Of a stretch of DNA of 64,000 nt, positions 10,095 through 20,265 are shown in pieces. The notes below the pieces were generated by a model that was not told the origin of the DNA, searched no databases, and worked only from the letters and a program-made list of their open reading frames with translations. Made by a program: the position numbers and the translations under genes. This DNA comes from a virus: positions 32,001 to 96,000 of the IMG/VR virus record IMGVR_UViG_3300044635_002180; one strand, given 5' to 3'. Position 1 is the first letter of the stretch. Each line of letters starts with the position of its first letter.

Positions 10095-10997
10095 TCACCA
10101 AACCGTAATTGCCCCACCAGATGGTAGAGTGACGTTAGTTCCAGCAGTCATGTTAGCAACATTGAAAACTGATGTAGCTGTAATCGTTCCTGTGCCGCCA
10201 CCAATGTTGCCGATGAGCCCAACTGTGCCGTTGTTGGTCGTAACTGTATCGAAATTAGATGAGACTGCTGCACCACTAGTATTTGTAGTGACTGTGCCGT
10301 AGTTGGTGGAGACGATGCCGCCGCTGGCGTTGGTGGTGACTGTGCCGCCGTTGTTGTTGGTGTCGACTGTGCCGTTGTTGGTGGTGACCGTGCCCTGATT
10401 AGTGGTGACTGTGCTGTTGTTGGTGGTGACTGTGCCGTTGTTGGTGTCGACTGTGCCGTTGTTGGTTGTGACCGTGCTCTGATTAGTGTAGATCACACTA
10501 CCAGCGGCGTTGGTAGTGACCAAACTATCGTAGGCGCTGGTGTTGATGGTGCCGTAGTTGTCCGTGACGGTGCCGCCGTTGTTGGTGATGACGGTGCCGT
10601 TGTTGGTGGTGATGGTGTCGTAGTTGGTGGTGACATCGCCGTTGTTGGTGGTGATGGTGTCGTAGTTGTCCGTGACGGTGCCGCCGTTGTTGGTGGTGAT
10701 GGTGCCGTAGTTGGTGGTGACTGTGCCGCCGTTGTTGGTGGTGATGGTGTCGTAGTTGGTGGTGACATCGCCGTTGTTGGTGGTGATGGTGCCGTTGTTG
10801 GTGGTGACCGTACCGTAGTTGATAACAGTGTTATATCCGCTTAAAGGAATTTCATCAACCGTATTACCAGCATTGATTTCGCAATCATCGCTTCCAGTTG
10901 GAATTGAGCCATTAGAGATAGTACCAGCTTGGTCCTGAAACCAGTTGGCAGAATCATTCCAAAGTCCTGATCCTTGATCTATGTAGTAAAGAGTCAT
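10095..10997 (-). CDS. beta-solenoid repeat protein (GTVTTNN)n
   Basis: GLWNDSANW...IPTGSDD N-terminal cap followed by >20 7-aa repeats. Confidence 0.75.
   Translation of the reverse strand: MTLYYIDQGSGLWNDSANWFQDQAGTISNGSIPTGSDDCEINAGNTVDEIPLSGYNTVINYGTVTTNNGTITTNNGDVTTNYDTITTNNGGTVTTNYGTITTNNGGTVTDNYDTITTNNGDVTTNYDTITTNNGTVITNNGGTVTDNYGTINTSAYDSLVTTNAAGSVIYTNQSTVTTNNGTVDTNNGTVTTNNSTVTTNQGTVTTNNGTVDTNNNGGTVTTNASGGIVSTNYGTVTTNTSGAAVSSNFDTVTTNNGTVGLIGNIGGGTGTITATSVFNVANMTAGTNVTLPSGGAITVW
10235..10825 (-). repeat. GC-rich ~21-bp coding tandem repeat (ggc acN gtc acc acc aac aac)
   Basis: Visible tandem units; ~63-bp exact duplicate at 10597-10659 and 10729-10791. Confidence 0.9.
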
Positions 10998-11635
10998 GCT
11001 GCAAATTCTTGGTTACGAACGAGCCACCATTTCGTTCCATTATAATTCATTTCAAACAGGCGAGTGAATCCTGATGATACTATTCCACTAAATGTGGTAC
11101 CTTTCGGAGTTTGTATATTTGCTCCTAAAGTGATTGTTCTATCTGCTCCAGAAGCAGTAAAGCGACATTTCCACAAACTACCATCAGTTGCATTTGTTAT
11201 TGCGTTGAGTGTGAGATTACCAGTCATTGTAACTTTTCTGCTGATGCCATCACTTAAACTAGGTGTTATTGATAAAGCATAAGTAAGTGATGTCGGTGCT
11301 GAGCCTGCGCCGGTTGCCCAGGTGCTTGAGTTGGATTGAACTGTTGAATACACTGATGCATTTGATGCACTTTGACTGGAAAATGTTGTGTATGTATTTT
11401 GCCAGTTAGCAGTCAATGCTCTCACGCCTGCATCTGTAGTGCTGTCTGTTGCCCATGAAGCAGAATTTGATCGAACTGTTGAATAAACGCCGAGACTTTT
11501 TTCTACGTTTGTTACAGTAATTTGTGCAAATCCATTGGCACCAGAAAGTGCATTGTCAAGTCTAATCAAAAATTCATCTGATGTTGCAGCAGATGAAGCT
11601 ATTTGTAAGCTTGTAAAATTTATACCTTGTGACAT
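10994..11635 (-). CDS. short fibre/adaptor protein with VRALTANWQ repeat
   Basis: TAAATA-N5-ATG; shares the shaft repeat with 2582 and 6153. Confidence 0.6.
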   Translation of the reverse strand: MSQGINFTSLQIASSAATSDEFLIRLDNALSGANGFAQITVTNVEKSLGVYSTVRSNSASWATDSTTDAGVRALTANWQNTYTTFSSQSASNASVYSTVQSNSSTWATGAGSAPTSLTYALSITPSLSDGISRKVTMTGNLTLNAITNATDGSLWKCRFTASGADRTITLGANIQTPKGTTFSGIVSSGFTRLFEMNYNGTKWWLVRNQEFAA

Positions 11636-11643
11636 GTGTATAT

Positions 11644-13866
11644 TTATGCTAATTGCAGGATTGATGCATTATCATCCAAGGTTAAAACTGTTGATGAATC
11701 ATCTAAAAATAATTCATACAATGTTGTTGGAATTAGTTGTGCAGAAACACCAGATATGGTGGAGAAAAGATTTAACCCAGCAAAAAGTGCATTGGCCAAC
11801 AATAATTGCATTGTTCCATTATCTTTTGACCAATCATTGTAGCTGCTGCTTGCTCTATTGATTGTAGTATTAGCATCATCCCAATTGATGATGTTGTCTA
11901 ATATTGTTCCTTGTGCAACATTGTTGTATTTGTAGAACAAATAATATTTGTCAAAATCTGCTGCAGCAAAGTCAGCAGGCAAAATTAATCCCCATCCCCA
12001 ATAATTGTTGTAAGCACTCAAGGCATAAGTTTGCTTGTTTGCATCTATGAATTGCAAATTGCTGGAGCTCAAAGCATCAGTGTTGATTAATCTGTATGTG
12101 TTACTGAATTTTTCATATGCAACAATGCTCTGTGATGCAGATCCTGCTGTTAAAATGGCTGTGAGTGCATCAAGTTTATCACCTAAATTTATTCCCCATG
12201 TTGTACTATAATCAAAACCTTTTTTATCAAAATTATCAGCAAATTCATTGGCATGTCCCCAAAGTTTGCTTTGCTTGATGCTCAATGCATCCATGATGCG
12301 TGCAAGATTTGCTGGCACAGAAAAGTTGTAGCTATCAAATTGTTTGATGTTTATATTGAGCATCTGCTTCAAAGAATATAAAGCAGGAATGTTGCATGCA
12401 TTGATGTCTTGGGTGTTTGAAACAAAGTTGGACATTTTTTCATGAACTCTTTTGCCAAGCACATTGGGAGTTGCATCTGCATCACCCACAATGGTGCCCA
12501 AAAAGCCATCAAAGAACGCAGTTTTATCAAGCAGCGTCTCTTGAAATCTATAACTCTTGTATGTTGCCGCTTGATCAAAGTTTTCATTGATTTTTGCCAG
12601 ATAATAATCATTGTCCATCACAGCAAATGCAGCTGATTCACCAGAAAGTGTTTGAATGCCAAAAATAGAGCTCACTTGAGCAGTAGATGTTATTTTGATG
12701 CTGCTCAGAGGTGTATTAAAGGAGCAATATCCTTTGTAAATGCCTGTATCGTAATTGGCAAAAAAGCCAAACTCATCATTGAATGCTGCTGTTAAAGGTG
12801 CATTGGTTGTTGCATCAACAACATCGATTTGAATGGTATTTGCTGATAAAGAACCATTGCTATCCACTCTTTTCAAGTTTGAACAATATTTGCATGCAGC
12901 ATCATTTGCATCAGTGATTTGAACAACAAAAGGAATGCGAGTATTTGCAAACTGCATTGCATTTATTTGCATTGCACTGAGGCCAGTGCTTGTGATGCTT
13001 AAAAATGCAGGTGGCATTGATGTGAGTGTGCAATAAAAAGATTGCGCGTTTGTCTGCAATACTGGCAATGCAGTGGCAGCAGCATTGTTGTAATCTGGAA
13101 ACGTTACATTTGTGAAGTGTGCTAATATCAGTGTTGGATGCGTGGTGGTTGGTTCATCATCTTTGTAAGATGCAGTTGCAACTCCAGATGTTCCTACAAA
13201 TGTAGCATTTTGATCCAATGCATTGCAAAAAACAATGCGGTTGTTTGCAATTTTTACATACAATTCTTCATTGGTTGTTTTGATTGTATCACTTGCTGCA
13301 TAATCAAATGCTTGAATATCTTCATTGTAAGCATATTGATAAAATTGACTGTACTTTTTTAAATGAGCATACTTGTCAGCATTATATTCTTGCTGAACTA
13401 TGAATGGTGCATTGTTGCCGCTGACTGCCAATGCAATGGTGTATCCATTGGCACTCAATGCATTGTATGTCTGCCAAGAATTGAATCTATAAATTACAAA
13501 CTTGTTGTTGATGCTGGATGTTTCAAAATTTAAATCTGCAGCAGACAACACAATGCTGTCTTGCAGAAAATTATAAACAGTAACTTTTTGTGTGAAGATG
13601 TCATAATATGATTCACCCTGACCATCATACAAATACAGTGAAACTGTGTATTCACCGGGCAGATCATAAACATGTGTTGCAGTTATGCTCTTGGATGTAG
13701 TTCCATCACCAAAATCCCACAAAACTCTTTTGTTGGAAAACAATGATTCATCATATTGTGGCTTAAAAGTAAATGGAGCTATGCTCAAAGCATAGCCAGA
13801 TGTTGCAAATTCATTGGTAAAATTTACAACATCAAAGTATGCATAGCTGTATTTAACTTGACTCAT
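11644..13866 (-). CDS. PKD-domain baseplate-associated protein (gp7-like position)
   Basis: WDFGDG...THVYDLPGEYTVSL PKD motif; translationally coupled to gp6. Confidence 0.65.
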   Translation of the reverse strand: MSQVKYSYAYFDVVNFTNEFATSGYALSIAPFTFKPQYDESLFSNKRVLWDFGDGTTSKSITATHVYDLPGEYTVSLYLYDGQGESYYDIFTQKVTVYNFLQDSIVLSAADLNFETSSINNKFVIYRFNSWQTYNALSANGYTIALAVSGNNAPFIVQQEYNADKYAHLKKYSQFYQYAYNEDIQAFDYAASDTIKTTNEELYVKIANNRIVFCNALDQNATFVGTSGVATASYKDDEPTTTHPTLILAHFTNVTFPDYNNAAATALPVLQTNAQSFYCTLTSMPPAFLSITSTGLSAMQINAMQFANTRIPFVVQITDANDAACKYCSNLKRVDSNGSLSANTIQIDVVDATTNAPLTAAFNDEFGFFANYDTGIYKGYCSFNTPLSSIKITSTAQVSSIFGIQTLSGESAAFAVMDNDYYLAKINENFDQAATYKSYRFQETLLDKTAFFDGFLGTIVGDADATPNVLGKRVHEKMSNFVSNTQDINACNIPALYSLKQMLNINIKQFDSYNFSVPANLARIMDALSIKQSKLWGHANEFADNFDKKGFDYSTTWGINLGDKLDALTAILTAGSASQSIVAYEKFSNTYRLINTDALSSSNLQFIDANKQTYALSAYNNYWGWGLILPADFAAADFDKYYLFYKYNNVAQGTILDNIINWDDANTTINRASSSYNDWSKDNGTMQLLLANALFAGLNLFSTISGVSAQLIPTTLYELFLDDSSTVLTLDDNASILQLA

Positions 13867-15674
13867 ATAACCATTATTTTGCTGGATAGTTTGTTGCTAT
13901 CAATTAAGAAAGGATACTTGAAAGAAGGTAAAGCTATGTTTTGTGATGTGATGGATACATCCTCAACACTGTACAATGGATTCCACAGCACAAAGCTCAC
14001 ACCAGGTGTTTCAATATTCTTGTCAATGCGCTTTGTAAAGATTTTTTCCACACCAGCAATGGCTAATAAATCTTTGGTGAGTGCAAAAAAGTCTAATGTC
14101 ATTCCCAATTTCATTTTGTTAATGTCAAAGAAATTGAGCATTGCATCAAGCGCATTGGCTTTGATTTGACTTGCTGTGATTTTGCTGTTTTGTGCGCGTT
14201 GTATCACAAGCATACTTTTTTCTCTCAAGTCAACACTAGCAGGCTCATCAAAAGCTGCAACGGCAACATCTACAGCAATGTAAACTGGATCACTTGGCAC
14301 TAATTCTGTGCTTTGCATTTGCAAGCTCTGCATTTGATTGACAATCAACTGCTTGAGATTTGTTGAAAGTGTTTGAGGTATGCTGTTTTGCACCACAAAA
14401 TTGCGAGGCACAACAAACATATACACATTGTTAAAATCACATGCATCTGCAAAAGAAACTTGATTCAACAGCACTCTGGTATCATCATTGGGTTGCTTCA
14501 ATCCAATGTCATAAAAGTATTTCATGTATGCATTGACGTAGTCTGCATTGCTGATGGTCTTGACATCACGAATTAAATTTGCAAAGTTGCGTTTTGCAAA
14601 GGCATCAAAGTCAACTGTTGTAACTGCACGATTTTGAGCAGAAAAAATGCGTGGAGCATTTTCTCTTATTTCTTGCACTGTTTCCAGTGATTTGGGGTCA
14701 GTTGATTTGTTGGTGTTGGTGATGAAAACAGCATTGAGCTGATCTTGCGTAGCAATGGGATCAGTTGCTTCATAAATATTGGAAGAAATTTCTCTAAATC
14801 GAGGTGTAGTAAATCTTACCAAGGCTGCATCATTGATGGCTTGTGCAGCAATGACACCTTGTGAGCCATTGCTTTGCAAATAATACACTGCAACAAGATC
14901 ATTAGCATTGAGCTTTTTGCCATTGATATCATCACCAAACTTGAGCTCATATCTTCCTGCATCATTCAAACGCTTTTCAAAAGACTTGGAATTGGTTTGC
15001 TCATTGAAAAGAGATTCAACCAAATTCCACTCACTCCACAATTGTGTTGTTGCATCTTTGACAAACACAAAAATATTGCTGTAATCTACAAACGAATCAG
15101 CATTTGTTACAATGCTTTCAATGGCCATTGTAATGATTTCAAATGGAGCACCTGCTGCTGTTTGTGTTGGGTATTCACGAAATTGTCCTTGATACAACAA
15201 ATTTTGACTGCCAATTGATTGCAAATCTTCTGCACCATTGGTTGTTTTTTCAAAGTAAATGTCATTTGATACAGAATAAAATACTCCATTGGCTGTAACA
15301 AAAGAAAATCTTGGAATTATGTAGTTGCCAGCTGCCAAACCAGCACCAGCAGCAGCATCAAAGGATGCAATTGAAGTTTGTGAACCAAGAGGATTGTATC
15401 CAATGAGATTCACAAGTTTATTCATGTTTTCAAGCAAAGCAGATTGTGAAAAATAAGATTCTGCAGCCTGATTGTTCAAATAAAACAATGAAACGTGGTA
15501 GGAATACGCAATGATGTCAATGATTGCAGAAAGATTGCTGCCTTCAAATGCTTGATCAGTAAACACATTGGATGTTTTGAGTCTTTGAATTATGAGACTC
15601 TTGAGACTAGTTGCATCAAATGCAGCATATGCATCTTTTGGTAAGTTGAACTCTGTAAAATTTTGTGCAGACAT
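13863..15674 (-). CDS. gp6: baseplate wedge subunit
   Basis: FEGSNLSAIIDIIAY, YELKFGD, IRENAPRIFSAQNRAVTTVDF. Confidence 0.9.
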   Translation of the reverse strand: MSAQNFTEFNLPKDAYAAFDATSLKSLIIQRLKTSNVFTDQAFEGSNLSAIIDIIAYSYHVSLFYLNNQAAESYFSQSALLENMNKLVNLIGYNPLGSQTSIASFDAAAGAGLAAGNYIIPRFSFVTANGVFYSVSNDIYFEKTTNGAEDLQSIGSQNLLYQGQFREYPTQTAAGAPFEIITMAIESIVTNADSFVDYSNIFVFVKDATTQLWSEWNLVESLFNEQTNSKSFEKRLNDAGRYELKFGDDINGKKLNANDLVAVYYLQSNGSQGVIAAQAINDAALVRFTTPRFREISSNIYEATDPIATQDQLNAVFITNTNKSTDPKSLETVQEIRENAPRIFSAQNRAVTTVDFDAFAKRNFANLIRDVKTISNADYVNAYMKYFYDIGLKQPNDDTRVLLNQVSFADACDFNNVYMFVVPRNFVVQNSIPQTLSTNLKQLIVNQMQSLQMQSTELVPSDPVYIAVDVAVAAFDEPASVDLREKSMLVIQRAQNSKITASQIKANALDAMLNFFDINKMKLGMTLDFFALTKDLLAIAGVEKIFTKRIDKNIETPGVSFVLWNPLYSVEDVSITSQNIALPSFKYPFLIDSNKLSSKIMVI

Positions 15675-15676
15675 AA

Positions 15677-16156
15677 TTATGTAAAGGTGGCATAGCCTTG
15701 GCTGTTGAGATTAATGCTAAGATTTAATTTAGCATCATTTTGCAGAAAAGGCACACCAACAGTCATATTTATCGTATACTGCTGATTATCATAATCAGGT
15801 ATTACTTGTATAGAAATGATGCTGACTCTGGGTTCAAACACAGAAATATTGCGCTCTATGGTTGTTCTAATCAAGGACGCAACAGAATCAGATGTTGGCA
15901 TGAACAAATAATCCCGCAAATCCATGCCAAATTCTGGATTTAAGATTTTATCTCCAGGGCTTGTCAAGAATAAATTGACGATGCTGTTGCGAATAGCACC
16001 TAAATCATAATCTGCAGCTATGTCTTGCTGCTGAGCTTGTTTTGCAGCTTCATTGGTTATGAGTTGCTGCAATTTCAAATCTAAATGCAAATCAGAATAG
16101 GTGTATCCACTATCTGATTTGTTTGTTTTTGGAAATACTATGTTTACATTGCCCAC
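15677..16156 (-). CDS. gp25: baseplate wedge subunit gp25
   Basis: YSDLHLD, AIRNSIVNLFLTSPGDKILNPEFG, FEPRV. Confidence 0.92.
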   Translation of the reverse strand: MGNVNIVFPKTNKSDSGYTYSDLHLDLKLQQLITNEAAKQAQQQDIAADYDLGAIRNSIVNLFLTSPGDKILNPEFGMDLRDYLFMPTSDSVASLIRTTIERNISVFEPRVSIISIQVIPDYDNQQYTINMTVGVPFLQNDAKLNLSINLNSQGYATFT

Positions 16157-16193
16157 ATCATTATTTAATCACCTGTTAGCATAAATAATTGCA
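16157..16193. promoter_or_regulatory. back-to-back T4-type late promoters
   Basis: TATTTA 16162-16167 and TAAATA 16182-16187, 5 and 6 nt from divergent start codons. Confidence 0.7.
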
Positions 16194-16769
16194 ATGAAAA
16201 GTAAATACCTTAGCTTACTAGAAAACACTCTTACACGCTACCAAAGAGGTGGGTTTCTTGTGGGAGACTACATCAAATTTGCTGATGATTATAAGTCTAA
16301 GCCATGCTACAAAGATTTAGCTGCACAAATCAAAGATGCAGTTGCAGAAGTTGTAGAGCTGTCCAAAAACATGAACTTGCGTGTCATTTCCATCAAAAAT
16401 GAATATCCATCCAGTGCACCTGGCAATGAATTCAACACCAATGGCAATGTTGTGATTGATGTTGGTTTGGATTATGGTGGTGGTCGCTTCTACAATGTTG
16501 TTACTGTTCCATGTGATGTGCTTACAAGATTAGATTATGGTGTGAATTATGCACCACTTCCACAAGCAATTGTTCGTCCCAATCAAATTACACTCAAACC
16601 AGAATTGGTTAAAATTGATGGTGACACTGAAGCATATCGCCAAACACGCACAGCAGATCAAGATGGCAAAGACAAGGATGTTGAGACTGAGCTTGATGAT
16701 GAGCATGTCAAGATTCCTGCAAGCTCAGCAAAAAGCTCAGTTGGTGCCTACTTGAAATATCTCAAGTAA
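16194..16769 (+). CDS. hypothetical protein
   Basis: 191-aa ORF with TAAATA-N6-ATG. Confidence 0.75.
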   Translation: MKSKYLSLLENTLTRYQRGGFLVGDYIKFADDYKSKPCYKDLAAQIKDAVAEVVELSKNMNLRVISIKNEYPSSAPGNEFNTNGNVVIDVGLDYGGGRFYNVVTVPCDVLTRLDYGVNYAPLPQAIVRPNQITLKPELVKIDGDTEAYRQTRTADQDGKDKDVETELDDEHVKIPASSAKSSVGAYLKYLK

Positions 16770-17691
16770 CATTCAAGAGATTCAAGCAGCAGTGAAATGC
16801 ATTGATTTCTTGATCCATTACAAAGCTTGATCTATACATGTGTTCAGCAATGATGCAAATCATCATTTGTTTTTTCTGTTCTTCAACTGAAGATGAATAC
16901 AATGCATTGAGCAGGCTTTTCATGAGTGCAGCATAATCATTGCAAAAATCCTCTTCATTGTTGATGAGAAACTGACGAATTAGTTTGCAATCCTGCTTGC
17001 TTATAATCATTTGAAGCAATTCATTGCTTGTTTCATCAATGCAATTGGCAAAATAGATGAACTTGCCTGTTGCACACATGCGCTGCAAGTGACCAATGAT
17101 GCGTCTCACATCCGGATAAGTGCTTTTGATTGCTTGCAACAAGCCCTGCTTGTCATCTTCTGCAATGGTTATGTTTTCTTGCTTGAGAACTTGGGTGCAA
17201 CGCTTTACAACATCAAGCATAGAACTTTCTATTTGAATGCTTTGACAACGGCTCTGCAGTGCAGGAATAATGCGATGCAATTGATTGGCTGTGATGATGA
17301 AACGAGTATATCTGGCATACTCTTCCATGATGTTGCGCAAAGCACGCTGACCTGCTTCTGAAAAGCCATCAGCTTCATCGAGTACAATGATCTTGATGCC
17401 ACCATCCAAGCTTTTTGTTTGTGCAAAGTTGGTAATTTTGCTTCGCACAGTATCAATGCCATTTTCATCTGAGGCATTGATGTAAAGAAACTGGCACTTG
17501 AGCAAATCATTGATGATGACTCGAGCAAGAGTTGTTTTGCCAATGCCTGGACGACCAGCCAGCAGCAAATTAGGAATTTCACCCTTGCTGGTGTATGTCT
17601 TGATGAGACTTTTGATGTTCTCATCAAGACACATTTCATCCAATGTTTTGGGCCTGTATTTCTCGATCCAAAGACCTTGTAAATTGAGCAT
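16762..17691 (-). CDS. gp44: clamp loader large subunit (RFC-like AAA+)
   Basis: WIEKYRP, GRPGIGKTT, INASDENGID, LDEAD, SRC. Confidence 0.92.
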   Translation of the reverse strand: MLNLQGLWIEKYRPKTLDEMCLDENIKSLIKTYTSKGEIPNLLLAGRPGIGKTTLARVIINDLLKCQFLYINASDENGIDTVRSKITNFAQTKSLDGGIKIIVLDEADGFSEAGQRALRNIMEEYARYTRFIITANQLHRIIPALQSRCQSIQIESSMLDVVKRCTQVLKQENITIAEDDKQGLLQAIKSTYPDVRRIIGHLQRMCATGKFIYFANCIDETSNELLQMIISKQDCKLIRQFLINNEEDFCNDYAALMKSLLNALYSSSVEEQKKQMMICIIAEHMYRSSFVMDQEINAFHCCLNLLNVT

Positions 17692-17699
17692 AATATAAA

Positions 17700-18212
17700 T
17701 TACTTGCCAGAAGAACCAAAACCATTTTCACCGCGATCAGATTCTGCAGCTTGCTCTGCAAATGTAACTTTGTTGGCACTGATGATGTGATACAGCACAA
17801 ATTGTGCAATGCGATCACCTTTCTTGACTTGATAATCTTTGTCTGTGAGATTGTAAAGCTTGATGCCAGCATCACCACGATATCCATTGTCAATGATGCC
17901 TGGGTGTGGCAAAATGCCGTGTTTGAAGCCCAAACCACTGCGACCCTCAACTTTGATCCAGTAAAGCTTTGGAATGTAAGCAAACTTCAAGCCAACATCA
18001 ACAACTGCAGACCCACGAGCTGGAATGAGTTTATCCTCTACACAAAATACATCATAACCAGTATCAGATGCATTGTTTTTCACTGGCAGTTGAGCATCTT
18101 CATGAGTCTTGATGAATTGCAAGCTATAATAATTGTCAAGAATTGTAGAGAGATCATTAGCAGTATTATTATGTGCAGTGCAGAGAGCAATGTTAGAATT
18201 AGTTTCGTTCAT
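17700..18212 (-). CDS. dut: trimeric dUTPase
   Basis: GYDV, GRSGL, GIIDNGYRG, GDRIAQ, RGENGFGSSG; start set by the upstream promoter. Confidence 0.95.
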   Translation of the reverse strand: MNETNSNIALCTAHNNTANDLSTILDNYYSLQFIKTHEDAQLPVKNNASDTGYDVFCVEDKLIPARGSAVVDVGLKFAYIPKLYWIKVEGRSGLGFKHGILPHPGIIDNGYRGDAGIKLYNLTDKDYQVKKGDRIAQFVLYHIISANKVTFAEQAAESDRGENGFGSSGK

Positions 18213-18218
18213 ATGCAT

Positions 18219-18246
18219 AAGATAATGCATGCACTTGTTTTCTCAA
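18219..18246 (-). promoter_or_regulatory. sigma70-like promoter for dut-gp44
   Basis: TTGAGA-N16-TATCTT, then 6 nt to ATG. Confidence 0.5.
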
Positions 18247-18268
18247 CTATTCCCCTAAATAAAAAATA

Positions 18269-18727
18269 ATGCAACAAGATGATACGCAAGAAGCAGTCAA
18301 CAATATTTTGAACCAGCTCAAAAACTTTGATGCTCCCAAACAGGTAATTCAGCATCAGCCACCAGCACCAGAAGAGCTGGAGCAATTCATCATTGACAAA
18401 TCTAGTGAACTCATCAACAAAAGCTTGCAAGTGTTGGATGAATACAGAGATTTTTTAACTGCAACACCATCAGAAGAATCAGCAGAAGCAATGTCAAATT
18501 TAATCAATGCTTCATCATCTGCCATTGAATCACTCAACAAAGTATTGGCTGCTAACAAGCGCGCAGCAACCTCCATCAAAGTAAAAGAGATGGAAATTAA
18601 AGCTCGCATTGACAACAACAAGCGTGACAATGCTACAAAGCTCATGATGACTCGCGGTGAATTGATGCAAATGCTCATGGATGCACCAGAAGCAATTGAA
18701 GTTGAGACTCAAAAAGTTGATAATTAA
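18269..18727 (+). CDS. putative terminase small subunit (gp16-like)
   Basis: Helical pattern (SELINKSLQVL...AEAMSNLIN...LMMTRGELMQML) parallels T4-like gp16; TAAATA upstream. Confidence 0.55.
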   Translation: MQQDDTQEAVNNILNQLKNFDAPKQVIQHQPPAPEELEQFIIDKSSELINKSLQVLDEYRDFLTATPSEESAEAMSNLINASSSAIESLNKVLAANKRAATSIKVKEMEIKARIDNNKRDNATKLMMTRGELMQMLMDAPEAIEVETQKVDN

Positions 18728-20265
18728 TCAACTGCTACACCACTAACATATCGTGGCGGTTGAACATAGCCTGCAGGTGGTCCACTGGCTTTGGTAATGG
18801 TTGTTACAGCACTATCTAATCCAGCTGCTCTTCCCACAGGAGAGTAAAAATCAACTCTGCCAGTGAGATAATTTGCAGTTCTATCATCAAAGCGCTTTGG
18901 AAATGTTCTGCCATCAGCTGTTTGAACATTCACCCAATCACCTAATTTTACACCACTTGCTCTCATTTGCGCTTCAACATCTGGTGATGCAGCCATTGAG
19001 TAATCTTTTAGCAAATAATTACCGCCCTTCAATCCAGCAGGTCCTTTGCCAGCTTCTCCAATGCCACCTGCACCAATGCCTTTCATAGTGTTGCTATCTT
19101 TGTATGGATCATTGGCTTGCCCATAATCAGTAACTTTTGATCCATCAACATTAGCTTTGCCTTTGGCTGGCTGAGTTTGCTCATTGTTGGCATCATTGTT
19201 TTGTGATTGAGCTTCAGTTTCTTTTTTGCCAGTTTTTGGATATCTATTCCAGTTCTGATCATCATCCCAATCATATCTGCTTTCAGTGTAATCAAGAAAG
19301 TCTTTGATGGAGAGATAAAACGGCTTGACTGGTGGCGTTTTCAACTTGCCAAAGACGTTGAGCTCATAATTGGATCCTTCTGATGTTACATTGATGGTGG
19401 CATTGGTAGCAACAGCCATGTTCATGTTTGCATCCAATGGATTGTATCTGTATTTGAATTCATGCAATCTAAAGCAATCATTCAAAGAGCTTTTGGCACG
19501 AGCAAGCAAATTGCTTGCATTGTTTTGCGTTTGAAAGTAAGGAAAAGGATCTGTAGCAAAATAGCCACCATGAGGAATAAAGCTCATGCTCTTGCCTTGT
19601 TGCAGCAAGGATGTTTCTGTCTGCACCCGATTGCTATTAAAAAGCGGCTCAGTGGCTTTTGCAACAATGTTTTTTGTAGCAGTAGCAACACTGGCAAGCA
19701 ATTGCTGTGCAACAACTGATATTTTATTGAATGTAGCTCCAGCAATGTTGAGAGGTGCATGCAATAAACTTGATGCTCCATCCCATGCAGGCGCAACATT
19801 GCTGGTGTTTTGTTGCATAGCATTGGCAAGCAGTGCAACAACATCACCAATGGGCTTGAAATAATTGCATGGACCACCACATTGATTCAAAAGGTTTGCA
19901 AGTTTGCTTGGAAAGCTATCATCATTTGGTGATCTGCGTTGATTAGCTGCAACAAATGCATCATCTATTTCTCTAATGAGTGGATCAACCATCTGTGGAG
20001 GCAAACTCAACACTCTATCCACGTGCATTTGCAGTGTTTGTGCATCCAATTGATTGCCAAGCAAAATTATATCTTGCATGTATGTTCTCAATGCATTGAT
20101 GGGTGCAGCAGATTGTTCAAAATTCTTGTTATCAAATGATAGTTTATAATCTGCACTCAAAGCATTTGTAAATGCACACAAGTTTGCGTTCCTTTGTACA
20201 AATGTTGGACTATACAATGCTGTTGCATCAACAAGTTGAGGGGCTGTTGTTTTAATTAAAATCAT
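18724..20265 (-). CDS. baseplate-associated protein with C-terminal 3D/double-psi-barrel-like domain
   Basis: SMAASPD...KLGDWVNV...FDDRT...RVDFY resembles a 3D lytic-transglycosylase domain; coupled to the hub gene. Confidence 0.5.
   Translation of the reverse strand: MILIKTTAPQLVDATALYSPTFVQRNANLCAFTNALSADYKLSFDNKNFEQSAAPINALRTYMQDIILLGNQLDAQTLQMHVDRVLSLPPQMVDPLIREIDDAFVAANQRRSPNDDSFPSKLANLLNQCGGPCNYFKPIGDVVALLANAMQQNTSNVAPAWDGASSLLHAPLNIAGATFNKISVVAQQLLASVATATKNIVAKATEPLFNSNRVQTETSLLQQGKSMSFIPHGGYFATDPFPYFQTQNNASNLLARAKSSLNDCFRLHEFKYRYNPLDANMNMAVATNATINVTSEGSNYELNVFGKLKTPPVKPFYLSIKDFLDYTESRYDWDDDQNWNRYPKTGKKETEAQSQNNDANNEQTQPAKGKANVDGSKVTDYGQANDPYKDSNTMKGIGAGGIGEAGKGPAGLKGGNYLLKDYSMAASPDVEAQMRASGVKLGDWVNVQTADGRTFPKRFDDRTANYLTGRVDFYSPVGRAAGLDSAVTTITKASGPPAGYVQPPRYVSGVAVD

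Noticed and set aside
10493-10768. Alternative-frame SPPTT ORF
   Set aside because: Shadow of the GC-rich repeat; no independent start signal
10235-10825. AAC-rich repeats as a diversity-generating retroelement template or variable region
   Set aside because: No reverse transcriptase in the window, differences between units are not restricted to adenines, and it is a tandem coding repeat
4420-11480. Invertible fibre cassette (shufflon) via oppositely oriented repeats
   Set aside because: Similarity is mainly at protein level, the DNA is diverged, and no recombinase is present
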